64,000 nt of DNA. It comes from an uncultured Methanoregulaceae archaeon. GTDB lineage: Archaea > Halobacteriota > Methanomicrobia > Methanomicrobiales > Methanospirillaceae. The translations under genes and the position numbers were made by a program. The notes beneath the pieces are model-generated. The model was given only the letters and a program-made list of their open reading frames with translations, was not told the DNA's origin and made no database searches. Below are positions 9,011-17,572 of the stretch, piece after piece (position 1 is the first letter of the stretch; every line of letters starts with the position of its first letter). The stretch is taken from the NCBI GenBank assembly GCA_963737635.1, contig CAVTTL010000001.1, forward strand, positions 1,088,001 to 1,152,000, read 5' to 3'.

Positions 9011-9084
9011 TGGGCCCGTCGTGATTCGAACACGAGATCTTCGCCGTGTGAAGGCGACGTCATAGCCAACTAGACCACGAGCCC
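9011..9084 (-). tRNA. tRNA-Val(CAC)
   Basis: GGGCTCG/CGGGCCC acceptor stem, TCGCC-TTCACAC-GGCGA anticodon arm, GTTCGAAT T-loop; CCA not encoded. Confidence 0.97.
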
Positions 9085-9087
9085 TCA

Positions 9088-9158
9088 TGCATCGACCGGG
9101 AATCGAACCCGGGCTATAGGCTTGGAAGGCCTAAGTCATACCTCTAGACCATCGATGC
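9088..9158 (-). tRNA. tRNA-Gly(TCC)
   Basis: GCATCGA/TCGATGC acceptor stem, TAGGC-CTTCCAA-GCCTA anticodon arm, GTTCGATT T-loop. Confidence 0.97.
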
Positions 9159-9295
9159 ACTGCGCTCTACAATTTTGGTGGGGGGGTGTATTAAGGCTTG
9201 CTTCTCCCGCTTAAAAATCCAATCTCCGTTCTGCACAAGTTGCAGAAGGGAACGAGGGGAAAACGAGTGACATCCGTTACGAAAAAAATCGGGGA

Positions 9296-10187
9296 TTAGT
9301 ATATACGAAGCTCGACTGCGATCCTCTCCAGAGCAGCAACACGTTTCTCTAAGGGCGGGTGGGTGGAGAAGAGTTCCATAAGAGTGTTGCCCGAAAGGGC
9401 CGGGATGATAAAAAACGCATTTGCACCTTCCACTTTTGCTTTTGACTGAGGTGGGATAACTTCCATCCTGCCGCTGATTTTGTTGAGGGCTGAAATAAGA
9501 GCCTGAGGGTTTCTTGTAATAAGTGCGCTTCCCCGATCTGCAGCAAATTCCCGGTACCGGGAGAGTGCAAGCATCAAAAGCGTGCTGATAGCATAGACAA
9601 TAATCGAGGCGATCCAGACAAGGATCCACCCGGCGCCATTATCACGGTTATTACCTCCGAAAAGTGCCGAGAAGAAGAAACTCTGCATAATCATCGAAGC
9701 GATCATCGCAACGAAGTCTTGCCATAGTCATTGTGAGAATGTCCCGGTTCTTCACATGTGAGAGTTCGTGGGCGAGCACAGCCTCCAGTTCATCTTTGGA
9801 GAGAAGGCGCATGATCGAATCGGTACAGCAGACTACTGCGTGTTTCGGGCTCCGCCCCGTTGCAAACGCGTTTGGTACGGGACTCTGCATGATAGCGATT
9901 TTTGGCATGGGCAGATCGGCCTCATGGCACAATTTCTCGACCGTATGGTGGAGTTCCGGATATTCGTCCTCGGCAATGATACGCGCATGTGTGCTCCACA
10001 GTACCAGTTTGTCCGAGAAAAAATACTGGATACTTGCCATTACAACCGCTAAACCGATAATAAACCAGATACTGACCCCGGGCAGGAATACCACAAGAAT
10101 CGTCATGAACACGAGGTAGAGGATGAACAGTAAAAATCCTGTCAGGAGCACTCTAGTCGTTAAACCCCAGTCCCTTTTCCATTCCAT
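9296..10187 (-). CDS. htpX: Zinc metalloprotease HtpX (frameshift at ~9717, probably sequencing error)
   Basis: PNAFATGR, HELSH, SRYREFAAD and FSTHPP split over two frames; removing 9717 restores MASFVAMIAS. Confidence 0.92.
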
Positions 10188-10357
10188 AGATGAGTACATT
10201 TCCGCTGCCGCCACTCATAAATGAATCGAAAATGGCACCACTGGAAGATATTTGATCAGACCTCGCGGTTGGGTACTGGATCAAATGGGAATTATCCGGA
10301 CAATCCTGCGCGCACAAGCAGAAACTATTTTTCGGCATAACGCCCGATGGGTACAAC

Positions 10358-11008
10358 ATGGACGAAGTCGATTCCGCAGCTCTGGCTGATGTGGCATACG
10401 GTATCTTCGATCACCTTCTCACCCGGAGACTCCAGACACAGGGAAAGTACCTCTATGCGCTTGTAGAGAGTGGTATCGACTTTACAAGAGACCTTACCGA
10501 AACGGTTGTACAGTTCACCGACGAATATCCGCAGCTGGCTGAGGCGCTCCTTGCACGGTTTGGTCCGGTTGATACGATTTACCGGATGCTCTGCGAAGGA
10601 GAAGGCGTCCTTCCGTCAAAAACGACGCAGATGTACTGGATTGTGCAGGATGCACCTGGTAGCGCACCTGAGGCAATCGAAGACGAGCACGCCGGCAAAT
10701 GGCTGATCTTTCAGGATCCTGAGGCAGCGGATGTCTCATGGAAAAAAGTCCGTGATGCAACGGTAGCACATGAGCTGGGTATATCGGCGAAGGTAAGCAC
10801 AGCAAAACCCAACCCGGACTCCCGGGACAGCCGCAGGGTCATTTATGTGTACACCAAGGATTGGGCGGACGAGCAGGATGTGATGCGGGTGCGGGAGAAT
10901 CTTCGCAGGCTCGGCTTTGTCGACCGGATCGGGTACAAGCGCAATCTTGAGACGTTCGCCGGAGAGTATGCCCAGAAAGGCAAACGGGTCACGTATTACT
11001 CGGCATAA
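10358..11008 (+). CDS. DUF1917-like (eIF4E-like fold) protein
   Basis: GKWLIF, SAKVST, VIYVYTKD..D..DVMRV, IGYK motifs. Confidence 0.75.
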   Translation: MDEVDSAALADVAYGIFDHLLTRRLQTQGKYLYALVESGIDFTRDLTETVVQFTDEYPQLAEALLARFGPVDTIYRMLCEGEGVLPSKTTQMYWIVQDAPGSAPEAIEDEHAGKWLIFQDPEAADVSWKKVRDATVAHELGISAKVSTAKPNPDSRDSRRVIYVYTKDWADEQDVMRVRENLRRLGFVDRIGYKRNLETFAGEYAQKGKRVTYYSA

Positions 11009-11060
11009 ATTTTAGCAAATAACATAAAAAAACGATAGTATTGCAAGAAAAAAATTCAGT

Positions 11061-11207
11061 TTACGCTTTTCTCTCCTTGTTTTTCGGGCGCAGGTTTTTG
11101 TACCCGCACTTACGGCATGTCGTTGCGCGAATTGCATTGCGTGCATTGCAATGCATGCATATTTTCACATTGAGTAAACGAGCTTCGGCTTCTGGGAATT
11201 TTGCCAT
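11061..11207 (-). CDS. rpl40e: 50S ribosomal protein L40e
   Basis: Manual translation [48 protein letters not shown]. Confidence 0.97.
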   Translation of the reverse strand: MAKFPEAEARLLNVKICMHCNARNAIRATTCRKCGYKNLRPKNKERKA

Positions 11208-11252
11208 GGATAGATACTCCTGTCTGCCCTTATAACAATGTTCTTTGATCTT

Positions 11253-11834
11253 TTAACGGTTTGTATCTAATCTGGTGTCGGGACTCTGCCGAGCCATGAA
11301 CCATTCACGGAATGCTAAAAGTGCGCGTGCACGGTGAGAGATGGCACTTTTCTCTTCAAGCGGGATTTCGGCAAGGGTCTTTCCGTCCACTTCGAAAATA
11401 GGGTCGTACCCGAACCCTTCGTTGCCCCGGGGTTTATCGATGATCCTGCCGCTTATCTCACCCGAAAAAACGACGATGCCTGTCTCATCTGCAAAAGCAA
11501 TGGCTGTCGTGAAACAGGCATCGCGATCCGGAAGACTTTCCATGAGCCTGAGAATCCCCTTGTTACCGACAGTCTTGAGTACATAGGCTGCATATGGCCC
11601 CGGAAACCCATTAAGCGCGTCGATGGAGAGAGCCGTATCGTCTACGATGAGCGGAAGATGGAGTTGGTCATATGCGTACCTGGCCTTCTCACGGGCGATC
11701 TCTGTTACATCATCAGAGCGGAGCTCCGGGATATCGAGAGCAACATGGCTTACTTCAACAGTACTGCCAAAAAATGCCTCAACCTCATGTGCCTTGTTGA
11801 CGTTGCTTGTAACCATAGTTAGGGTCCGGTTCAT
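11253..11834 (-). CDS. rdgB: Non-canonical purine NTP pyrophosphatase (RdgB/HAM1)
   Basis: TSNVNK, FPGPY, GFGYDPIF, SHRARA. Confidence 0.95.
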   Translation of the reverse strand: MNRTLTMVTSNVNKAHEVEAFFGSTVEVSHVALDIPELRSDDVTEIAREKARYAYDQLHLPLIVDDTALSIDALNGFPGPYAAYVLKTVGNKGILRLMESLPDRDACFTTAIAFADETGIVVFSGEISGRIIDKPRGNEGFGYDPIFEVDGKTLAEIPLEEKSAISHRARALLAFREWFMARQSPDTRLDTNR

Positions 11835-13414
11835 AGGTACCTCCCCCTGAGTTCAATTTCCCGTTCCCGGTCAAGAACCTCAGCCGCACCGGCGAAGGTC
11901 TCATTGTATCCCCGGACAAATGCATCCCTGAAAACTCCTGCCTCTTTTGGATGCGTGCTTTTGAGCGTCTGGAACATGACGTGAATGTCAACCCCTCTCT
12001 GCTCAACCTCCGAGGTTACCTGGGCGAGGCCGAAATCGATAAGCACACATCTGTCATCTGTATCGCGCAGTATCATGTTGCTGGTGGTAAGATCCCCATG
12101 CATGATGCCGGCCGTGTGGAGCCTGCCTACCATCTGTCCAGCCTCTTCGCAATGAGCTTCCGTAAGAGCATTGGTGAGAATTGGACCGGGTACCTCTTCC
12201 ATTACGATGGAGTCGTGGGTAATATCGCTCATGACCGGAGTGGGAACGCCTCCCTTGCGGGCAGTATGGATAAGGCGGGCCTCAGCCCGGGTCCGTTCCG
12301 TGATCAGCTTCCTGTCAAGGGAAGAGATCCGGTACTGCTTGGGCAAGCGTTGCTTTATGGCGCACCCCTCCCTGAAAGTGACGACGGCCTCGGCGCCGCG
12401 TTTCTGCGCCGAAACACATTGTTGCCCACAATCCAGAACACACGTTATTTCATGTTTCCAAGTCACCTCAACTTCATCCGAGCGAAAAGATGGATTGACC
12501 TGCGAATCTTCGATGGCAAGCTGCTGGCCGCTTTCAAGCATCAGCTTACCTGTATAGGCAATCATGGCACCATTGTCCCCGAGATATTTCCGTTCCGGGA
12601 CATAAAATCGTGCACCCCGCTCCTTGCACATGATCCGGAGCATCTCTTGCAGGCGCGCGTTTGCTCCCACGCCGCCGACAAGGAGAACCTCGCTTTTCCC
12701 GGTGAGTGAGAGAGCCCGCTCAGTAACTTCAACACACATGGCAAACGCAGTCTCCTGAAGGCTGCAACATACATCAGGGAGCGGTTTTTGCGCATCCTTT
12801 GCAGCCGAGACCAGTCCGGAGAAGGCAAGATCCATACCCTTGACGGTGTAAGGAAGTTCGAAATAATTTCCCTCTTTGGCCTGTGCTTCAATCAGCGGTC
12901 CTCCCGGATGAGGGAGATCTTTTGCCCGGGCGAACTTATCGAGAGCGTTTCCTATGCCTATATCGAGAGTTTCACCAAAGATACGGTATCGCCCATTGAG
13001 ATACCCGATGACTTGGGTGTTAGCCCCACTCGCATACAGCACAATGGGGTCCCGGCAACCGGTTGCCCAGTTCCCGATCTCTACATGAGCAACGCAATGA
13101 TTGACGCCGATAAGCGGGACGTTGAGCGCAAGTGCAAGCGACCGTGCGGCTGTCGCAACCGTTCTCAGGCAGGGACCAAGCCCTGGACCTTGCGAAAACG
13201 CAACTCCCGTTACCTTACTTGGCTCTTTAAGGACAGAACCGATCACTTCCCGCATTGCCGATGCATGGTGCTGTGCGGCCTCCCGTGGGTGAATCCCTCC
13301 GTGCCCGGGTGAGTAAGGGTGGGAACACAGCGCAAGAAGATCGCGATCAAAAAGAGCAGCACTGAGGTTCCACGCTGTCCCCTCAATGCCGAGTATCTGC
13401 CCAAATTCAGGCAT
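11831..13414 (-). CDS. kae1: Fused Kae1 (t6A synthase)/Bud32 kinase, KEOPS
   Basis: LGIEGTA, NHCVAHVE, DNGAMIA, then GAEA and HGDLTTSN..IDFGL kinase motifs. Confidence 0.96.
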   Translation of the reverse strand: MPEFGQILGIEGTAWNLSAALFDRDLLALCSHPYSPGHGGIHPREAAQHHASAMREVIGSVLKEPSKVTGVAFSQGPGLGPCLRTVATAARSLALALNVPLIGVNHCVAHVEIGNWATGCRDPIVLYASGANTQVIGYLNGRYRIFGETLDIGIGNALDKFARAKDLPHPGGPLIEAQAKEGNYFELPYTVKGMDLAFSGLVSAAKDAQKPLPDVCCSLQETAFAMCVEVTERALSLTGKSEVLLVGGVGANARLQEMLRIMCKERGARFYVPERKYLGDNGAMIAYTGKLMLESGQQLAIEDSQVNPSFRSDEVEVTWKHEITCVLDCGQQCVSAQKRGAEAVVTFREGCAIKQRLPKQYRISSLDRKLITERTRAEARLIHTARKGGVPTPVMSDITHDSIVMEEVPGPILTNALTEAHCEEAGQMVGRLHTAGIMHGDLTTSNMILRDTDDRCVLIDFGLAQVTSEVEQRGVDIHVMFQTLKSTHPKEAGVFRDAFVRGYNETFAGAAEVLDREREIELRGRYL

Positions 13415-13420
13415 CTGTGC

Positions 13421-13603
13421 TTATTTTTTGAATTCGGTATATCCGCACTTTCCGCAGGCAACCCGGTCCTTGTGGTCTGCCATCATGACTCCGGGACCAC
13501 AGCGGGGACAGTATTTTTTGGCGGTAGTGACCTTGTCACCTTCGATCTTGAAAAACGCACTGCGCGCCGGCCCCTTTGCCGCTGCCTTCTTCGCTGCAGC
13601 CAT
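13421..13603 (-). CDS. rps27ae: 30S ribosomal protein S27ae
   Basis: CPRCGPGVMMADHKDRVACGKCGYTE. Confidence 0.96.
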   Translation of the reverse strand: MAAAKKAAAKGPARSAFFKIEGDKVTTAKKYCPRCGPGVMMADHKDRVACGKCGYTEFKK

Positions 13604-13605
13604 GG

Positions 13606-13907
13606 TTATGCCGCTCCTTCTTCCTTAGGTTTGGGCATACCACGTGCCGAGAGGTACGGGCGTTCGGTCTTCTTCTTTGCATCCTCAGGTATCGGTACAC
13701 ACGCGCCTTACCGGTGATCACCGTCTTGCCAAAATTGCTCTTCAGGCTGTCAAGAACGACAAGCGGTTCTTTTGCATTGAGCAGGGCGCACAGTTTGCCG
13801 ATAATCTGCATACGGGAGGGCGTAGCACCATCATATGTGAGAGTAAACTGGATCTCTCGCCGGGATAAAAGTTCATTCCTTTTATCGCTCTCGATTTTAA
13901 CGTCCAT
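13606..13907 (-). CDS. rps24e: 30S ribosomal protein S24e (frameshift ~13689-13695)
   Basis: NELLSRREI, GATPSR; C-terminus EDAKKKTERPYL..EEGAA* lies in another frame. Confidence 0.92.
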
Positions 13908-14017
13908 CGATATCCTGTAATTATTGGAAACCGTGTTATTTAAAACCTGACCTTGCTATGGAAAACAGAAGAAAAACCCTTGAAATCAAAAAAGAATTTT
14001 TTCCTTGATTTTTTGGA

Positions 14018-14510
14018 TCAGGATCCGATCTTAGTGAACTGACCAAGGAGATCTTTTGCTGCGATTTTTGCGTCATCATCGATCATGCGAAGCACGACCC
14101 CCTCATGCGGCTGTCCATAAAGTACAACAGATGCTAACGGTGCGGCAATGACTAGTGGGATAACTGCGAGATCTTCTTCACCGTCCACCATGATCGTAAC
14201 CGGGGGATTATCAACTGCGTAGGTCAGTGCTTCGACCAGCTCGTCGGTGATAGTGCCCGGGGGATTTTTCACGTGGATACATTTTCCGGAAGATCTCCGG
14301 CATCGTGCTGCACGGTGAACGCATGGTATGGCCGTCCACTACCGCGATCGCTGGGGCAATCCCGTTTTTTTGCAGGGAATGGGTAACAACGTCACCCACC
14401 GAATAGACCGTACGCCCGGCAAGTTCCGGGAGTGCCGTACCAATATCCCGGTGAAGAATTCCGAAGGGATTCTTAAAGAGTTTGCGCGACTCTTTGGGAA
14501 GCACAAACAT
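14018..14510 (-). CDS. GTP-dependent dephospho-CoA kinase (DUF359), frameshift ~14285-14292
   Basis: SVGDVVT, VKNPPGTIT, VDGEEDLA, YGQPHEG in two frames. Confidence 0.88.
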
Positions 14511-14717
14511 TCAGCGGACCTTCAGCGCATAGCGGCCCGGGAGCTTGATGTTCATCCGTTTTGCCACATCGGAATTTTCCGGGTCAATGATAACAAGATA
14601 TCCGGACCAGTCGTCGCTTAAATTTGTTGTCCCGCAGATCACGCAGTTCTCGCCTTCTACGACTCGGTGGCAGTCACGACAGACTTTCCCTTGTTTTTTC
14701 TTATTCATCGGCGGCAT
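14511..14717 (-). CDS. spt4: Transcription elongation factor Spt4 (RpoE'')
   Basis: CRDCH..CVICG..WSGYLVIIDP..PGRYALKVR. Confidence 0.96.
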   Translation of the reverse strand: MPPMNKKKQGKVCRDCHRVVEGENCVICGTTNLSDDWSGYLVIIDPENSDVAKRMNIKLPGRYALKVR

Positions 14718-15342
14718 GCTCTTTCCTCTTGCTCTTGGATTTTTCCGGTTTCTCTTTGGGGGTGCTCGTAGTACCAGCTGCCGCTTTCTCTTTCTCCTTT
14801 TCGATTTCTTCTTCGAGCCAGACTGCGGTGCCAAGGCCTGCCTGCCGCATGGTGAGACCTATTTTGCTGTCCCGGGGTTCGCGCTCATTCAATGAGAGGG
14901 TCACTACCCGCACCCTGACCGTGTCACCGACTCCGATAAAGCGCTTGGAATCCTGGCAAATGAGTCGGGCATTCTTTTCGTCGAAGTTAATATATTCGTC
15001 AGAGATCTGGCTCACGTGCAACATCGCATCGATTGGCCCGAGGCTCACAAATGCCCCGAAGCTGGTTGTTTCTACGACGAGACCTTCGATGACTTCCTGC
15101 AGGGCGAGCCTCAGCACGAGCCCCTCAAATTTTACATCGTAGTATACGCCGCCATCGCCGGGTACGATCTCACCATCACCGACGTGTTCAACCTTGGTCA
15201 CGGCAATAAAAACCCCAAGTTCCTTGTCGATGCTTCCTTCAAGCTGTTCCTGAAGGACCTCTAGTATGACCTTGTCCAGTTTTTCACCCAGCCGGTTGGG
15301 TGGCACCCGGACCTTGTCTTCCAGTGTCATCTTGTAATACAT
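14701..15342 (-). CDS. rpo7: RNA polymerase subunit Rpo7 (E')
   Basis: VRVPP, GDGGVYY, FGAFVSLGPIDAMLHVSQI, KIGLTMRQ. Confidence 0.96.
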   Translation of the reverse strand: MYYKMTLEDKVRVPPNRLGEKLDKVILEVLQEQLEGSIDKELGVFIAVTKVEHVGDGEIVPGDGGVYYDVKFEGLVLRLALQEVIEGLVVETTSFGAFVSLGPIDAMLHVSQISDEYINFDEKNARLICQDSKRFIGVGDTVRVRVVTLSLNEREPRDSKIGLTMRQAGLGTAVWLEEEIEKEKEKAAAGTTSTPKEKPEKSKSKRKEHAADE

Positions 15343-15349
15343 AACCCAC

Positions 15350-15763
15350 CTACCTTCGCAATATCTCGAGTTTTTTCTGTTTTCTCATGGATATAACTCC
15401 GATACCCTGTGCTAGCAGTGCATCCCTGACCCGTCGGTCATTGGTCGCTACCAGACCTCGGTTCTCCGTTGCCCACGCGATGACCTGTTCGTCAACAGGC
15501 ATGGGGATGCTGCTGCCATCTGCAACTGTACACTGCTCTGCAAGCGCAAGGCCAAGTCGTGCGGCTGCGCCTTCACTACCCTTTGCCTGCGACAACCCGG
15601 TCAATTCCTGTATCACTCCCGGCAGCACCATTGGTTCAAAACCCCCTAGTAATTCGCGGATTTCACTGAACAGATCGATCCTGAACTGCGCCGGCATCAT
15701 AAGTGCATTGGCGTCCAGCAGGACTTTTACTCGCTGAGGATACCCATCCCGATTAATCGCCAG
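15350..15763 (-). CDS. PIN-domain protein (Fcf1/Utp24-like); start uncertain
   Basis: [23 protein letters not shown]; conserved position after eIF2g. Confidence 0.85.
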   Translation of the reverse strand: MAINRDGYPQRVKVLLDANALMMPAQFRIDLFSEIRELLGGFEPMVLPGVIQELTGLSQAKGSEGAAARLGLALAEQCTVADGSSIPMPVDEQVIAWATENRGLVATNDRRVRDALLAQGIGVISMRKQKKLEILRR

Positions 15764-16962
15764 CGTGCTCCCACCTGCCGGCTGATGGCGATCCGGGCTC
15801 CCTGCTCTGCACAGACCGGACGCTTCAGCTGTACTTCGACTGCTTCTTTTTTGGTACTCGTAACTACCCCAACGGTGACCGCTGTACCGACGGAAAGCAT
15901 AAGCGGTTCGTTGTATTTTAGGGGTTCTATGACCAGTTCGCTCGTTGCTCCTACGACCCGTTCCATCAGGGTTACATGGCACTTGATTTTGTCCCATACC
16001 GGTGGGAGTTTGCCGACATGACCGACGACCTGACCGGCAAGGGCATCACTTTTTGTGAGCGCCGGGTCAAGTTTGGTTCCGATGCCAAGCAGACCGCCGG
16101 GTGCCGCTTCTTTTACCGTTTTTGTACCAGCGTTTATCGACGTAACCTCTGTGATGATCGGGATCCACTTGATCCTGTTCTCGATCTGTGTCTGGCGACC
16201 CGGCCGGATCTCAATGGGATCGCCGTCGCGGAGGATGCCCCGGATAAGAGACCCCCCGACGACGCCTCCCTTAACCTCCTTCCAGTTGCAACCAGGTTTA
16301 TTGATGTCAAAGGATCGCGCAACCAGCATTACCGGTTCTGCCTTCGGATCGCGGACCGGTTCAGGAATTGTCATATCCAGTGCCTGTACCAGAGCGCCCA
16401 TATTGATCCCTTTCTGGGCTGAAACCGGGATGATAGGGGCGTTTTCGGCAACGGTTCCCTTTACGAATGCTTTTATTTGCTGGTAATTTTCGACGGCTTC
16501 TTTCTGGGAGACCACATCAATTTTGTTCTGGACAATGACGATTTTTTTGATGCCGACAAGCCCCAAAGCCATGAGGTGCTCTTTTGTCTGGGGCTGCGGG
16601 CATTTTTCCGTAGTAGAAATGACAAGCATAGCTCCGTCCATCAGCGCGGAGCCCGACAGCATAGTCGCCATCAGGGTTTCGTGCCCGGGTGCATCCACAA
16701 AGGAGATAGACCGGAACGGTGTCCCCGCTTCTCCGCAGACCGGGCAGACCAGCGTTGTCGAGTAGGCATCCGGGCCTTCGCAATGCCCGCACTTGTAGAA
16801 CGTTGCATCCGCATAACCCAACCGGATAGAAATACCCCGCCGTACTTCCTCGCTGTGCCGGTCTGTCCAGGTACCGGTAAGCGCATTAACGAGCGTGGTT
16901 TTCCCGTGGTCCACGTGGCCCACCACCCCGATGTTTACACTGGGGATTGTCACATCATGCAA
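15727..16962 (-). CDS. eif2g: Translation initiation factor 2 gamma subunit (TTG start)
   Basis: [35 protein letters not shown]. Confidence 0.97.
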   Translation of the reverse strand: MHDVTIPSVNIGVVGHVDHGKTTLVNALTGTWTDRHSEEVRRGISIRLGYADATFYKCGHCEGPDAYSTTLVCPVCGEAGTPFRSISFVDAPGHETLMATMLSGSALMDGAMLVISTTEKCPQPQTKEHLMALGLVGIKKIVIVQNKIDVVSQKEAVENYQQIKAFVKGTVAENAPIIPVSAQKGINMGALVQALDMTIPEPVRDPKAEPVMLVARSFDINKPGCNWKEVKGGVVGGSLIRGILRDGDPIEIRPGRQTQIENRIKWIPIITEVTSINAGTKTVKEAAPGGLLGIGTKLDPALTKSDALAGQVVGHVGKLPPVWDKIKCHVTLMERVVGATSELVIEPLKYNEPLMLSVGTAVTVGVVTSTKKEAVEVQLKRPVCAEQGARIAISRQVGARWRLIGMGILSE

Positions 16963-17119
16963 ATGAAATCGAACCTCCTTATCCTATATCTAATAGGCAT
17001 ACTTATACATAACCCGAAAATCTGGATTTTCCGGATCCCTATCCTCTTTATTAGGCCGGTAAAGAAAAATAGTAGGTTGTAATATTCCGTTTTTCGGGAA
17101 GATTGGATGTCGCCGGGGA

Positions 17120-17431
17120 TTAACCCCCACCTTCGCAGCTCTGGTCAATGTTTTTCAGGGCTTCTTGGTACTCAAGTCCTGCAGCAAATTCCCGCTCACG
17201 CTGGATAATATCCTTTGCATCTTCCTTAATTGTAGGTGCAGATTGTTTTGCCTGTTCTGCGGGGATTAACTGGTCGGCACGATAGAGAAGATGCGTACTA
17301 TCCAGTTCGACAAACTGGTTTCCCGACACCTGCTCGATCCGGACCACCGCCCCTGTGGTCCCGGTACGGGGGTACCTTACCCTCATGCCAAGAGTGATCT
17401 CTTCTGCAAGCATACAAGTGAATGAGTCCAT
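17120..17431 (-). CDS. DUF2098-like methanogen protein
   Basis: VRYPRTGTTG motif, C-terminal CEGGG. Confidence 0.75.
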   Translation of the reverse strand: MDSFTCMLAEEITLGMRVRYPRTGTTGAVVRIEQVSGNQFVELDSTHLLYRADQLIPAEQAKQSAPTIKEDAKDIIQREREFAAGLEYQEALKNIDQSCEGGG

Positions 17432-17572
17432 TTCAATATAGAAAGATTACGTTCATCCCGAAGGAAAATGGTGTCCTGATTCCCTACACGTTATCCCGAA
17501 CTGACCCCCCCCAAAACTGCGGATCTGGCGCTGCTGTAGGTGTCCTTTCAGAGAAGTCAAACCGGAAAAAGA

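Noticed and set aside
9144-9629. 161-aa minus-strand ORF
   Set aside because: Alternative frame of htpX running into tRNA-Gly
11831-13414. Kae1-Bud32 fusion as a novelty
   Set aside because: Well known in many Euryarchaeota
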